A stretch of 64,000 nucleotides of DNA from Octopus vulgaris (taxonomy: Eukaryota). Numbering within the stretch: the stretch's first letter is position 1; each line of letters starts with the position of its first letter. Where the stretch lies: the NCBI GenBank assembly GCA_951406725.2, contig OX597825.1, positions 2,480,001 through 2,544,000 on the forward strand, written 5' to 3'. Below are positions 1 to 13,983 of this stretch, piece by piece. The translations under genes were made by a program, and so were the position numbers. The notes under the pieces were generated by a model, which saw only the letters and a list, made by a program, of their open reading frames with translations, did not search any database and had not been told where the DNA came from.

Positions 1-3000
1 AAGAGGGACCGATCTTCATTTTCATCCTCAGCATTACAATCTACACCAGCGTAGACCTGTTGAACAACGCTTGGGGTTCGCGAATGAATCCCAAAAGATC
101 TTAAACTGTTTAATAATCGATTGCTTTCTGCTTTTTTCATTCTTTAAAATTTTGACAAACTTTACCAAAATGGTATTGCTTCTTCTAAAGTGCTCTTGCA
201 CTATGGCCGTGATTATATCAAATATCAAAAGATATTTTAGCGTTAATATCCGAATGAATATTGCTTTTGCCAATATTTTCCATGATTAAATACTATGTCA
301 GGTGACATCGGCGCGAAGGCTTGTTGCAGAAATATTTCTACAAATCCTGCGCTGGTAATAAATGAGGAAATAATTGAAAGTAAATGAGTGTGATGAAAAA
401 TGGTTTTTTATTTTAGATACTCATGTTTGAGGTGTTACACATGATGGTAAATGGTGAATTAGATACGTTAGATCCATTACAAAAGAGAAATAAGGCAGTG
501 CTTGTTAGAGAAAATAATACTAGTTCTGTTGTACATTCTTCCACAATAGGGGAGGTAGTGTTATAAGAACTGATCACCCTTCTTCATTAGAGCGATACGT
601 CTGCACTTAAATCAGTCCTTTGTGTTGTGGGAAAGGAAATTGTTGAGAAAGTGGCAATTTAGAGATGCTGGAATGAGTACCGCCAGCAAACGATAGTTTT
701 AATTTCAGGAATAAAATACAAGGAGCGAACTTTGCACTTAATCACCCAAGTTTTTGATTGCAAGTAACATGCGTTCAAGGGAGTTATTCGATTCAATTTA
801 ATTTCAATGATTATTCACGAAACATGTTATCCTTTCATCCAACGATTATTTACAAGAAAATACACGCTACGCTTTATTTTCATGCTGTAAATTTCAAATG
901 CTATTGTAAAGCTATTTCCTTATTACGTCGTTCTATTCAGAGCATGATAAACAGTCAATTATGCATTGATTTTGAATGTGCTAAAGCCTTACTCTCATAT
1001 ATTATTGCACATTAATGTTTGCGATAGGAAAGTTTGGTGCATTCCTCATCTTATAATTAGTTTTCTTAAAAGGAAGGAACCAAAACTGAAGTCTAATAAA
1101 TATAAAGGTTTGTCATACATTTTCTTTGCACGAAAGGAATGCTTGGTTTCCATAGCAGAACAATACCAGTATCATTTACATTTTCCAATTATTCTTCCGT
1201 CCTATTTTAGCTCTAGAATTTATTTAGAATGGTTTACAACATCTTGGTTTGTTATTTATGAGTTTCTTTTCAATGCAATGCAAATTATATTAATCTACTC
1301 CGTAGCAGATTTTGACTAAGCTATTTATTTTATTTGGTTATTTTTTCAACTTGCCAAATAAAATTCATACCTGGATATAATTTTAAAATGCTGTTTCAAA
1401 AAGATGTATTGTTCAAGATAGAGGGGTTGTTGGAATAACTAAAATTCCTGAATAATATATTTCATACGAGAAGTAAGGCTCTGCCTGGGACTAGGATTAG
1501 AACAGCTTTTGTGGGTTAATGATAAGGAAAGTATTTTATTTTGTTTTTAATACTGATTTTTATGCAAAATTCATATCTTGTACAGTAAGCTAGTCATTCA
1601 ACTTTGAAATGACAGATCAGCTTCGTAAGACTCAGAAGAATATTTACTTCAGATTAACACTTTCACACATCATTGATGAGTTGCAGTGGTGTTTATTTAA
1701 TGAAGCTGTTATTTATACCTAATCATATCTATACCTCATCCTAAGAATTTTTGGTAAATTTTCCAGCGTCTTATATATGCTATTACATAAACTAAATTAT
1801 CTTGCAATAAAAAAATATACTGAAGAAATCTATTAAGTTTCTATGAATTCGAATTCATCGAATTCAGTAAGAACGATTTATAGTCAGTTTTCAGCGTTAG
1901 GTAAATTGATAAAATTTTTTACAAGAATAAAACTGCAGAGAACGTAATGCAGTGAGAGCAACTGGATGACGCATCAATGATTAAAGCGCAAAACACGAGG
2001 TAAACTTCCAACGTTTCAGATGGCTTATTTGACTAAATTACATTAGGAGAGATTATGAGAGTCATTGAATCAACAGGATTAGGAAATTCTTTGATTCAAC
2101 GCTATTTACAGAGGTTGTCCTACCGTTCTGACATCCATGAAATGAGGAAATACTCGTCTCGAACCCTCCCCTTGTTAACGTAAGCCATTTCATAATGAAT
2201 GGAATTTCCCTTTATGGATAGTAAAGAAATTTATTATCGCACTTTTAACACTTTTACCATTATTAATTAAGTACTTCGCATGAAACATAACTGCTTCCCT
2301 GGACTTCAAGTAACTCATTGATAGTAACTTCCAGATTTAATACTGTGATCTTTATCTGTTTCTCTTCAACTTGATCGAAACATCACAGGATATAATTTGT
2401 GTTTGATAACACCACACAGGCGCTATCCAAATAAACCCTCATTTCCAATAATGATCTCCGAACAATTATAATATAAAAGCTTCGTTTCCTTCAATTCATA
2501 CCACGAACGAGCTTTTACTGCAAATACCCGTATCTTGAGTAACAGGTCACTATATGTCGAGAAAAAGATAACAGTTTGAAAGAGGAGCTCTGGAGGTGAT
2601 AATTTATTGATTTATGGAGTATTTACGCGCTGCATTCTCGTATTTATACAAAGCGTATCATCAACAGTTCGTATACGTAAAACTTCAACAGTTGAATGTA
2701 GGTATTCAAACGGCTTACTCCAAGGATGGCGCCAGTTCTGAAAGAATCAGAAATGTTTTGAATGCTTCCTCTTCGATTTTGATCAAATAGAAATAATATT
2801 ACGGAGATGTACTTGCATAGCAAGTGATTTGATCTGAGATCGTGTGCTGAAACGAAAATAATTGTAGCGTGGAAGGTGATTGTAAGTCATTTAAGAAACA
2901 CACAAAAGCCGTTCGATTCACTTCAACATTTAAGTTTAATTTGTCAAAATATTTTCGTCGCTTTAAGACCGCGACCTGTTCACTGACAAAAATCCGTGCT

Positions 3001-3530
3001 GCAAGTTGGAAATACGATGACTGAGATAAAAAAAATAAAACAGTTTTTTGTGGAAGAATGTATGCACAAGACGTTCGCTGCACCATTTAGAAAAACGGAA
3101 AATAGGACTATGAAGTGACAAGGAAAGTAAAACTTGGCGGGTGGAAGAGACAGGGCCTGCAATGAATTAATGCATATGAAACGAGATTGTGAATATTCCC
3201 TCTATTAGATTTATAAACCACACAGAAAAGGTTCCAGCCATGTTTTGTGGAGCGGCATTACAGGCAATGTAAGATGTATATCAGCAGTTGTTGTGGTGTG
3301 GAAGATGACGGTGAAATTATGGTCTCAGTAGCGGAAGTCTTCGAAAGTTGTTCGGGGAAAACAGTCGCAATAGAAAGAACAGAAAGTGATTCCTATCTTG
3401 ACAAAAATGGGTTGGTGCGCTCTGTACTTTCGAAACTTATGATTATATCTGAAGAGTTTAACATCATCCAATCTTCGTCTGTAAACAAAGTTACAGAATT
3501 GAGAATATCATAATTGGCAATATCATAAAG
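1..3530. pseudogene. Unidentified decayed coding-like block with frames on both strands
   Basis: No microsatellites. Long stop-interrupted frames that read like protein: minus ~235-690 (..SSFITSAGFVEIFLQQAFAPMSPDIVFNHGKYW..), plus ~1385-2180 (..EMTDQLRKTQKNIYFRLTLSHIIDELQWCLFNE..LGEIMRVIESTGLGNSLIQRYLQRL..), minus ~2280-3520 (..WSKPFEYLHSTVEVLRIRTVDDTLC..). No motif recognised. Confidence 0.3.
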
Positions 3531-4409
3531 CTATAATTGTAAGTAGAAATATAAAATTATTTACGTCTTATTAAATATTCATTCCTCTATCCCACAAATT
3601 TTCGGCATCTTATAAAACGCGATTTTTATATATTATATTGAGAGAAGATGTTTGATTAAAAAGTTAGCTTGCAAATTTCGAAACAGTTTATTCGACAAAT
3701 AATTCAAAATGAATTAAGATGTCCGAAATTACTTTTTATATACACGTAAGTCTACTAAAGTGAATTTCGTTGAAATAAATCAAATTCACAGCATTTAAAG
3801 TTTTAGTTTTTTTTATATTCATTTAAATGTTTATTATTTGTGGACCTCATTTGATTCGCTGTGTTTTATATAAAATGAGAGCAGAAACAAATCAAATTGT
3901 CGACATTCAGTTTCAGGATAAATACAATATGTCTCACGTCATGTCAGGCCAGGCGGCACACTGACACATATCGGTCGGATGATATAGACTTTAATGTAAC
4001 ACTGATTGCGATTAATATTATTTTCCTCATCTTATGATCTGTTCGCTGTTAACATTTTCTGAAAATTATTTAAGAATGATCCCTGGTTTACCATCCATGC
4101 TGGAAGTGCAAGACATTATCCTGAATGGTGTGTCATACGTACAGAGAAGAGAATTGTCGCTGTGAATTTTCTCTCCCTTTTCTTTGTTTACTTTTTAATT
4201 TTAGATTTTTTTCCTGTTTCTCTCTCTCTTTTTTCCCGTTTTGCTTTATTACATGACTTTGTAAATGAACAAATCTGTGTTCTTTTAACGACGTACCAAT
4301 GTATACAGCCTGGTGTACTCGTTTCAAACAGGTAGTCAGTATAAGTATATTGAACTTCGTGTAGTTTTTCACGCCAGTTTCACTTTAATGATATGTACTG
4401 CTCTCACTC

Positions 4410-4474
<65 letters not shown>
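4410..4474 (+). repeat. (AAT)n microsatellite
   Basis: Pure aat run, seen directly. Confidence 0.95.
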
Positions 4475-4476
<2 letters not shown>

Positions 4477-4479
4477 GGT

Positions 4480-4605
4480 GATTTAGACGCAAGGCCATGA
4501 ATATATAGTGCGGGGCTAAGTTTATATCACCGACCCTAGTAAGTGACTTGCAGTTTATTTTCTCAGTAGAGAGAATGTATAGGCAGGATCTACCTCGGCG
4601 GGATT
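4480..4605 (-). mobile_element. Degenerate Nin/Deu-type SINE fragment
   Basis: Similar to better copies at 10588 and 52714 (gcaaggcc...cgaccctagtaag...acctcggcggga). Confidence 0.5.
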
Positions 4606-4609
4606 AATG

Positions 4610-7600
4610 ATGGAAATATGGAAAGAAAGAGATTCAAAATGAAATTCATGAAAGCAAGTTAAAGACAGTATTGGCTTGAATTACAGATACGCTATCAGTA
4701 TTTGGCTTCATTTTATCTCCGCTGTGTTTGAAGACGAAAATGATGAGTGAAATTATTTAAGGCAATATGGAGCTAAATTTCTGTACGTCGAATATTAGTT
4801 TGTTTTTTCATCTAATGTCATAGGCAACTATGTACCTAGATGAGGAAGAAAAGAGGAGAAAACCGATTGACTGTGATGGAAAATTAGTCATTGGTTATAT
4901 GAAAACGGCTACATTAAAACCATATCAGGAATAAATGTAAATGTTCTGGCTAAAGGAATTTGAAAGACAGGGCAACAACATTAACAAAATGACTCTTAGT
5001 TAATATCTCTTCGTCTCTTTTGCCAATGTTCTATAAAAAGTAAACGTAAAAATATTAAAACCAACGTTAGGGAATATTGATGTGGATATTACATGGTGTT
5101 TCTGTTTCAAACTAGATTTGTGGTAGAAAATTTGCTTTAATACATCATTTCTAAAACAGAGTGTGGTGCATATTCAATCAATCATTTCTCGGACTGAAAG
5201 ACAAATGCAAGTTATAGAGTTGCAATTACTGAAAGACAAAATTTTTCTAGGAAAACCTTTATCTCTTAAATCCTTCAATCCTTTCAATACATTTTAATAG
5301 ATTTTTAAATATTTTTTGTGAGGAATATCTTTTTGCTTTCATTACTGCATGTATAGCAATTTCCATGACAAATGCTATGAATTTCTTAATATTAGTTTTC
5401 CGAAACTATGTTATTAGAAGGGATTCTAAATAGTCATCTAAATAATATTAATGAAAGCATCTCCGTGACAATCTAAATTATTTCACTGAATCTCAAGTCA
5501 TTTTCCAAACTCACAAATAACGCAAGTAGCATAATTGAAAATGATAAAATGGATAATAGAATTGAGATCAAAGACACCAAAATAATGTCTTTTAACTGAC
5601 AGAGATCACAGCCACGTAATTCTCTCAAAGCTTCAAAACATATCAATATTCTTTATTACATTAGAATGAATGACCAAATACTTGCATTTTTTAGATCTAA
5701 ATCTTTTAAAATTCTTGAATAATCCGTTATCCAATACCGCTGGTTTACGTACTAAAATCCAAAAATCTTTGAGTATTTGCTGCTCAAAAGAAAATCTACT
5801 CGAAATGCAAACCTTATTGGATTATGCAAAATTATTTATGGCGCGCTTAGTGGTCGAGAAAAGCTATATAAAATCAGGTTGCATTTATTCATCGCATAAA
5901 AGTGAACATTTCACTCAATTTATGTCTATTCTATAGTTTCTCTTTAGAAACAGAATATAATTAATTTTACACTTAAAAGTTGTAGTAAGATTTGGTGGTG
6001 TATAATATTTCTCTGATCGATTTTCAGAACGACAATCAACATCACAAGTCTTTTGTTATCATGATGTGTTAAAGCTTCCTAAATTTTGGATTTGAAGTCA
6101 CTTTCATATTTTATATGTAGAGTAGATATACTTAAAGTGTGGGAAATATCTTCAGACAGGACAGATACTAACACTTGGTTCGTCGTCCAAGACGTCGAAA
6201 ACAAAAGCTTTACTTAAATCTGCCACAATATAAGCAAATATTCGTTGTGTCTGAAAACCCCTGCCTAATGTATATCAGTAAAAATTGCCACTTTATGTTA
6301 AAACTGATGTCTCAATGAAGATAGCATTGCGTTCGCATTTTTTGAGAAGGCGGCATGCTATTGTTGCTAATATATTCTATGAAAGTGAAGCCTGAGTAAT
6401 AATATGAACTCTAGCAAAACACAGACGACATAAATCCTGAGCATTGCAGTCTTTCACAATTTATACTTGGAGTTCATTTTCTGGAAGAAAGAAATTGGTT
6501 ACTGGTAGAATTCCATTATCAACTGATAGACGTTTTCGTGCAAACATTATTTCTCATTGATAATACTTTGAGAAGACGACATATATCAGTAGCCAATCAT
6601 TTGCATTTCAAAATTCAAGAACTACAGTTTTTATCCATGTTATATGAAGAACTTACACATGTCTAATGAATTAGTATCTCGCCAGATCTGCTGTTATATG
6701 GGAACAGATTGGATATTGTTGAGTGACAAAAGATTCATTCGTCTTGCACAAGTGCTCATAAACAGAGGAAAGTAATTCTGAAAAAGAAACAAGAGGAAAA
6801 TTTGATGTTGAGGTGGAGAGTATTGTGCTTAATACGATGTGAAAATGCTGAATGGATAAATGTAATTATATTCTCTCACAAGTCATATGTCAGCAGTTTG
6901 TAGTCACTTTAACACCTCTTATTTGGGTTCTGAAATCTAAAGTTGGAAACCTATCGGTCATTGAAGATTGTATTCTAGGAACAGATGCATCAATATTGGT
7001 GACAGCGTCTGGCAATAATTACATTTGGGAAGAAGAAACATAATGGATTTGCAGTGGACGATATAATTTATATGTGAAATAATATATTTTTCACAGTTTT
7101 TCAGTCAGTGGCTACAGCAGAATTTGATATAAAAGTAAGACAGACTCACAGAACTCCAGAACCGATCATAAATGATAAATGGTTGCAATGTGGCATAATA
7201 CCAAACTCGGAAACATTAACTGATATTACAATTCAGATAATTCAAAACATATATCCAATATAATTTTAGATACTGAATATCAGTTTCATAAAAGAAGTTA
7301 ATATCCTTCAAAATTACTGCTGCATGGACGAGTAAAGCTGGTAAGCTCTAAGTAGTTCTCTACTTACTGGAAATAATATGCAAATTCCTCTGGAAATAGT
7401 CTTTAAATTAGTGAGTCGTTCTAAATAATAAAGACATAAATGTGTAATTAGTTTTAAATGTCGAGATACTCATGACTGGAACGCCACTTTTTTTGTAATC
7501 GTTTAGTCTTCGGAGACAGGTGTACACTTTCTAAGGTTTCTGAGACGGGTTCAAGGAAAATAAGAACCTGTTAGAGAAAAGTCTAATCCGAGAGGTTATA

Positions 7601-7790
7601 ATATATTGCACACTGTTAAAGAGACGAAGAAAACAGAGGAGGAGTCTAAACATGCAAGGAATCGAACCTGACACACCAGCACAAAACTCTCCTTCCAATA
7701 CACTTTTGTACAAAATTTAGTTTTGTTGTTCTACAGGTATCGAGAAAGCATTTTCTTCAATTGCCTACAATTGTTACTTAATTATAAAGC
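4610..7790. pseudogene. Continuation of the unidentified coding-like relic
   Basis: Repeat-free complex sequence. Plus frame ~6418-6900 is largely open (NTDDINPEHCSLSQFILGVHFLEERNWLLVEFHYQLIDVF..). Confidence 0.25.
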
Positions 7791-7801
7791 CATTTCAGTT
7801 G

Positions 7802-7816
7802 AATAATGATAATAAA

Positions 7817-7910
<94 letters not shown>

Positions 7911-7946
7911 GCAATAATAATAATGAGTTTTAAGGAATCCTTTTAA

Positions 7947-8001
<55 letters not shown>

Positions 8002-8167
8002 ATTTGTGTGTATATGTATATGTATGTATATGTATGTATACATATATATGTGTGCGTGTGTCTATATACATATACATACGTGCATGCACACACACATATG
8101 TACATAAAGATATTGATATATACAGATGTACATACATATAAAAATACATAAATATATATATATGCAC

Positions 8168-8223
<56 letters not shown>

Positions 8224-8287
8224 CGTGTGTTTTTATTGGCTAAACTGGCAATATGACCATTCCGAAATATCAAAATACATATAATAT

Positions 8288-8329
<42 letters not shown>

Positions 8330-8335
8330 GTATAG
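7802..8335. repeat. (AAT)n, (TA)n and compound TA/TG microsatellites
   Basis: Seen directly. Confidence 0.95.
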
Positions 8336-8414
8336 AATGTCTATAATTTTAACTTCCAGTATGTAAACATTAAAATCAGAATTTAACTGATAACCAAGCA
8401 ATTATTAAATATTG

Positions 8415-8498
8415 CTGTACAATTATAATCTATATTCTTTGTTCATGGCGTAATTTCTGTACAATTATAATCTATATTCATTGTTCATAGCGTAATTT
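8415..8498 (+). repeat. 42-bp tandem duplication
   Basis: ctgtacaattataatctatattc(t/a)ttgttcat(g/a)gcgtaattt occurs twice. Confidence 0.9.
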
Positions 8499-9011
8499 CT
8501 AAACATCGCCTATAAACCTGTATAGCGATTAAACACTTAGGAGTTTCGTATTCACATAACGGATATTGAGTGAATACAAGCATAGATATCATTATTCGCC
8601 TCTTCATAAATTTAGATCCAGTTATATTGCAATTTTGCGATTTAACAATTTTATATTCTTGTATCTTTCTACTTTTGTAAGTTTTAACTTTTAAATTGTG
8701 AAGTGTTTTTATTTTTCATTATTTTATCTGATTTTCAGATATTAACATGCTCGTGTCAATGCGTACGTGAATGTTTTTCAAGAATATTTTTATGCATTTA
8801 TGTGCACATTTATATGAATATATGCATCCATGCAAGTGCATATGAATATAAAATGTCAAATACTGTCACTAATGTGCAGTCAACATAGGAATTTGTGTGA
8901 AAATATATGCGTGTCCGTGAGTAGATTTATGAATGAAATGCCTAGTTCTTCACTGTATCTGAATATTACTTTGTGCTTATATTTATGCTTGTGTAAAAAT
9001 AACATGATTTA

Positions 9012-9014
<3 letters not shown>

Positions 9015-9079
<65 letters not shown>

Positions 9080-9216
9080 GTCTGACTGTCTGTCTATTTA
9101 TCTTTTTATCTATCTATCTATCTATCTATCTATCTGTCTGTCTGTATGTATGTCTGTCTATCTGTCTATCTATCTATCTATCTATCTATCTGTCTCTCTG
9201 TCTGTCTGTCGTTCTG

Positions 9217-9265
<49 letters not shown>
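9015..9265 (+). repeat. (TATC)n/(TGTC)n compound microsatellite
   Basis: Seen directly. It accounts for the YLSI-repeat ORFs. Confidence 0.95.
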
Positions 9266-9266
<1 letters not shown>

Positions 9267-10099
9267 AATAGATGTATATGTGTGTATGTGTATATGTGTG
9301 TATGTGTGCATGTGTATATTTATATATATGTATTTACATACCTTCAATTGTGTGTGTACCTATGTACATGTGAATATATATATGCACCCGTGTGTGCATG
9401 CTTGTATATGCATATATGCATTGCCACTTGTTAAAAAAGTCATTTTAATTTTAATTCATACAATCCATATGCATCCGTGTGTACCCTGCATACCTCTATG
9501 TACGCAAACGTGTATGTGTGTGCGTCTATGTGTGAATGAGAGTATTTTTCTGTGAATATATTACACAGCATACACACTGACTGGATATATGCCCACGCAC
9601 CTTTGATATGACCTATCATTGAGATGAAACTGATCTGCGCTCTGCAAATATATACAATAAGCCTTAAGCGAACGAAAATTCACAGTTTGCGGTTTTAGTA
9701 TTTTCAGCAGGAATTCACCAACCTTTTTTTTATCGCAATATCTCTTTATTCAGATATCGCTACTATTCACATACAGACATGTACACACACGCACACACAC
9801 ACACGCGCACACCCACACAGACAGCTGCACAAATTTGGTGAAGAAATTTCTACTGGAACCACGGATACACGGATAAGGTAAAAATCCGAATTTATACACG
9901 GATAATGTTGTAAGAAATTCGAATGAAATTCATTTACGCAACATTTTATGCCTGACTTTATTTAGAAGCGATATTTTACAGTGAATCATTTACAGAGTAA
10001 ACTACACCTACGCACCCAGGTACACACATATCTATGAATGCGTGTGTAGTTGTATGGATATGCGTATGTGTGTGTACATGTATGCATTTATCTTCTATC

Positions 10100-10490
10100 G
10101 TTTATTCGTTTCACTCAGCTGAGTGCGACCATGCAGGGGCACCTCATTAAAGGGTTTAGACCAATAAGTCGACCCTAGGACTCATTTTTAAGACCTTGTA
10201 TTTGTTCTATTGGTCTCTATTTGCCGGAACGCTAGATTATGTAGACGTTAATGTACTATCACCGGTGGCGGGGTACAAACACAGACCCAAATGCAAACAC
10301 ACACATAGATATGTACATAGGCATACAACGGGCTTCTTTCAGTCTAAGTCTACCAAATCCACCCACACGGCTTTGGTTAGCCCGAGGCAATAGTAGAAAA
10401 CACTTTCCCAAGGTGGCACGCAGTGGGTCTGAACCCGAAACCGTGTGGTTGGGAAGCAAGCTTCTTACCTCACAGCGACGCCTGCGTCTA
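10100..10490 (-). mobile_element. tRNA-derived CORE-like SINE
   Basis: Minus strand reads gcaggcgtcgctgtgaggtaagaagcttgcttcccaaccacacggtttcgggttcagacccactgcgtgccaccttgggaaagtg: tRNA-like A/B boxes followed by a CORE-like ccttggg-aagt motif. Homologous copies at 30075, 55870 and 59084. Confidence 0.75.
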
Positions 10491-10506
10491 TGCTCATAGA
10501 TGCGTG

Positions 10507-10565
<59 letters not shown>

Positions 10566-10587
10566 GTGTGGTATCTAATATTCTTTT

Positions 10588-10778
10588 CTACTCTAGGCAC
10601 AAGTCCAGAAATTTGGGGTGAGGGGGCAGTCGATTAGATCGAACCCGTACGCAGTTGGTACTTAATTTATTGAACCCAAAAGGATGAAAAGCAATGTCGA
10701 CCTTAGTGGAATTTGAACTCAGAAGGTAAAGACAGACGAAACACTGCTAAGCATTTCGTCCGACGTGCTAACGTTTAT
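10588..10778 (-). mobile_element. Nin/Deu-domain SINE
   Basis: Minus strand contains gagttcaaattccactaaggtcgacattgcttttcatccttttgggttcaataaattaagtacc (B-box-like, then Nin/Deu-like core). Multiple copies in this window. Confidence 0.75.
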
Positions 10779-13339
10779 CACAAGTAATTTCTCTGCAGTT
10801 TCTAGCGCTTCAGGTATATTCAGACCCTAATATATTCAGACTTCTTTTACCGTACCCATGCGTGGAAATAAGCAAGTATCCGTAAAATATATACAAAGCT
10901 ATTTTAATACTAGGACATTGCATGAACAAGTTTTATTATAAATAACTACATTTGTTTCAGTACATCATTATTGGCTGGTAATTGTTGAATGTTTCCTATA
11001 TTATACACATTATTGTATTAATGTAGTTCATGTCAGTAGTGTCCGGAGCACTACTTAATCATCTTCGGTATTCATTAACTATACTGTTGTTAGGTCTATA
11101 TTCAATTGTGCATTAAATATTTGAATCACACGCAAAGTATTATTGTGCGGTGATACAACGAAAGAAAGAAAATTAAATATACACCTAACTATGGTATAGT
11201 TTGTCAATTCAAAATTGATAATAATAATAATCATCATAGCAAAATGTATACAGTTAGATCTTGTAGCGAATATAAACTAAATACAAATGCTAGTGTTAAG
11301 ATTGCAGAAGGGAAAGGCCAAAGTTAAAATTCGGATAAGAATAGTGCAATGAAAACGAAGGCAAATGAAACTAAAGATGGAAATAAGGATGTTGGAAATG
11401 GAAATGATAAAATCTAACAGCAATTATAAGCTGTATAACCGTCAAGTACGATAACAATTACGCTAAACCTACACTGGTGTAGCTAAGTAATATAAAAATA
11501 AAAATAATAGACATACCAAAAACTATGGAGGTAGGTCTGTTAGTGAACATAAAGTGCAAATGTTAGAGGAAGCATTACGGTAGAACCGGAATTTAAAATC
11601 GCATTCAAATAGTGAAACAAAACTGAATGTAAATCGAAATAAGAATGGAAATAAGCAAATAAAAAATTTGGAAATAGGAATAAAAGATCTCATTCGAATT
11701 TCAATCTGCATATCTACGATAAGAATTAAACTAAACCGATTAAGTTTAATAAAGGTAGTAGTTTGTGGTATAATCCGTTGTTCTGATAACATGTATCCTC
11801 TAAAATTGTTAGGCAATTTTTCTCTGTGTTAGATAGACCTGTCTCTAAATGCAGCAGATTCTATAACATTTTAAATATTCATATGGTGAGCCTATCATAT
11901 GCAACGTTAAATAACATGGAATATCATATTCACACAATAATGGGAAACAGAATCTAGCAATCAAAATTACTAGAAACATCATCCGAAAGAGCAAGGGACA
12001 AATAGGGACAAACATAGTAGCGGAAGGCGTATTGAAAGTTGTCTAAATTAACCGACAATGATCAGGAATATCTGCCTTAATATAAACCATATAATTAATG
12101 ACGGGTAAGTTGAAAGCACTAATAATAATTACACTATCAATAACAGCAATGCGAACACCGAATATAACAGCACCAACAATAGCAACAACAACAACAACAA
12201 CAACAGTAATAAGAAAATTTGAAAATGATTACAAGTAGTAACCCAGTTGCCAATGGTGATATAAAAATGCAATATTATTTTTATTATCGCTTTCGTATGA
12301 TTATTATGAATTGTAACTAAATTATGTAATTCCAGAATAATTTGGATATGTGTAAATGTCTTTGGTTAACATTGAAAGATAAATATAGGATAGATCCATT
12401 TATCGTGACTAATTAATATACATGTACTTATTACAAAATTTAGTTGTAAGAAGAATATAGCCTGTACTTCCATAGTAACATTATTATACATGAAGGGACA
12501 TATCACGATATACATTAATTCATCGGAACGAAGGAGTTTATCGGAAGGAACAAGCCTAATAAGGTTTCCGCATAGAATTACATTACTTTTTTGAGAATAA
12601 ACTGATAGTTGTAAATGAGTGGATAGAAGGAAAAAAGTATTAATGAATGAGCGGGCTTGGAAGCTTATAAGAAAGGTAGCAGGAAATGACACATATGTTG
12701 TTTTCCATCATCTCCTTGATTTCGTTAATAACGTTGCGGTAGATATTGTTGTTGTTGTTGCTGCAGCTATTTTCCGTTCGTGTTACTGCTGTTGTTGTTA
12801 TCGCTGCTCTGGTCGTTGTTGTCGTTGTTCGTATTATTGGAGAGGATTTCTGGGTGAGTAGGGTTGATTCTATTATCATTGTGTTTGATTTTGTTGCTCT
12901 CGTTGTTATTATTCGTGTTGACACTGCGATTCACAGCAGAGTGTCCCTTTAGGCTTACTTTCAACTACAGTTAATTGCCATCTTAGCAAGTAGGATTGGC
13001 TTCGAAGCAGGTCAGAAGTGAGACTCGATTCATCTTCATCTCTTACTAATACTACTACTATTAATTTGCGCGAAGAATATCTACTCATAGCGAAGAATGA
13101 CTGTATTTCAGGGAGAATTTTGGAGATGATAATTTGGAAAGGGAATACACGCCAATTCCGTGCTTATGATGTGAATTTAACAATCTACACAGATGCACTC
13201 TCACATTTGGACAATAAACAAAAGAAGAGTAACTCGGAAAAGTAGAGGAATATCACGAACAGAGTTACCAGCACAAAACTAGGGTTACTTTTAAGTGGAT
13301 TGCGATTGTTCGTTTATTTTCACCTCTTCAAATTTTACT

Positions 13340-13465
13340 GCAAGGCCTGTAGTCTTAGGTTAAGGGGAAATTGTGGATTTTATCGGATCCATTACTTGAC
13401 TGCTTTTTATTGACTCTGAAAGACTGAAAATTAAAGTTGGCATCAATAAGATTTGAACTTAGAAC
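13340..13465 (-). mobile_element. Degenerate Nin/Deu-domain SINE
   Basis: caaggcct...tttattgactctgaaagactgaaa...atttgaacttagaac aligns by eye to the 52714 copy. Confidence 0.55.
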
Positions 13466-13526
13466 ATAAAAATCAGAAGAACTGCCAGTTGGTTATATGT
13501 CGCCACTCTCAAGCCAGTCCGACGTC

Positions 13527-13527
<1 letters not shown>

Positions 13528-13605
<78 letters not shown>

Positions 13606-13665
13606 TGATAATGATAATAATGATGATAATATTAATAATAATAATAATAACAACAACAGCAACAG

Positions 13666-13697
<32 letters not shown>

Positions 13698-13699
13698 AC

Positions 13700-13734
<35 letters not shown>

Positions 13735-13825
13735 TGATAATGATAATAATGATGATAATATTAATAATAATAATAATAACAACAACAGCAACAGCAACAA
13801 CAACAACGACAACAACAACAACAAC

Positions 13826-13861
<36 letters not shown>
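13528..13861 (+). repeat. Compound (AAT)/(GAT)/(AAC) array with a ~129-bp higher-order duplication
   Basis: The block aaaaatgataatgataataatgatgataatatt...aacagcaacagc...aacgacaac occurs twice (~13601 and ~13730). Confidence 0.9.
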
Positions 13862-13960
13862 CACTTCACTACCGAGCGCAGCTCACATACCCAAGGCACA
13901 CAGAGCTGCGCTCGGTAGTGAAGTGAAAGCACGCTATAAAAATAAAAATAAAACTACTGA
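13861..13960 (+). mobile_element. Extreme 3' end of an R4/Dong-type LINE with a 24-bp 5' inversion
   Basis: 13885-13960 matches the reverse complement of the 3' UTR at ~56339-56408. 13861-13884 is the exact reverse complement of 13903-13926. Confidence 0.85.
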
Positions 13961-13983
13961 ATAATGATAATAATAATAATAAT

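Noticed and set aside
6095-6162. Minus-strand CUGAAGA..GAAA motif
   Set aside because: No stem I complementarity and only weak AT-only stem II.
8535-8590. 8-bp hairpin followed by GAAAC on the minus strand
   Set aside because: The CUGANGA box is absent, so at most an unrecognisable remnant.
10400-10490. tRNA-like sequence, also at 30075 and 59084
   Set aside because: These are SINE heads followed by SINE body sequence, and no full cloverleaf can be formed.
11150-12300. A-rich quasi-periodic region resembling low-complexity coding sequence
   Set aside because: Best explained as decayed (AAT)/(AAAAT-like) simple repeats, with no sustained frame.
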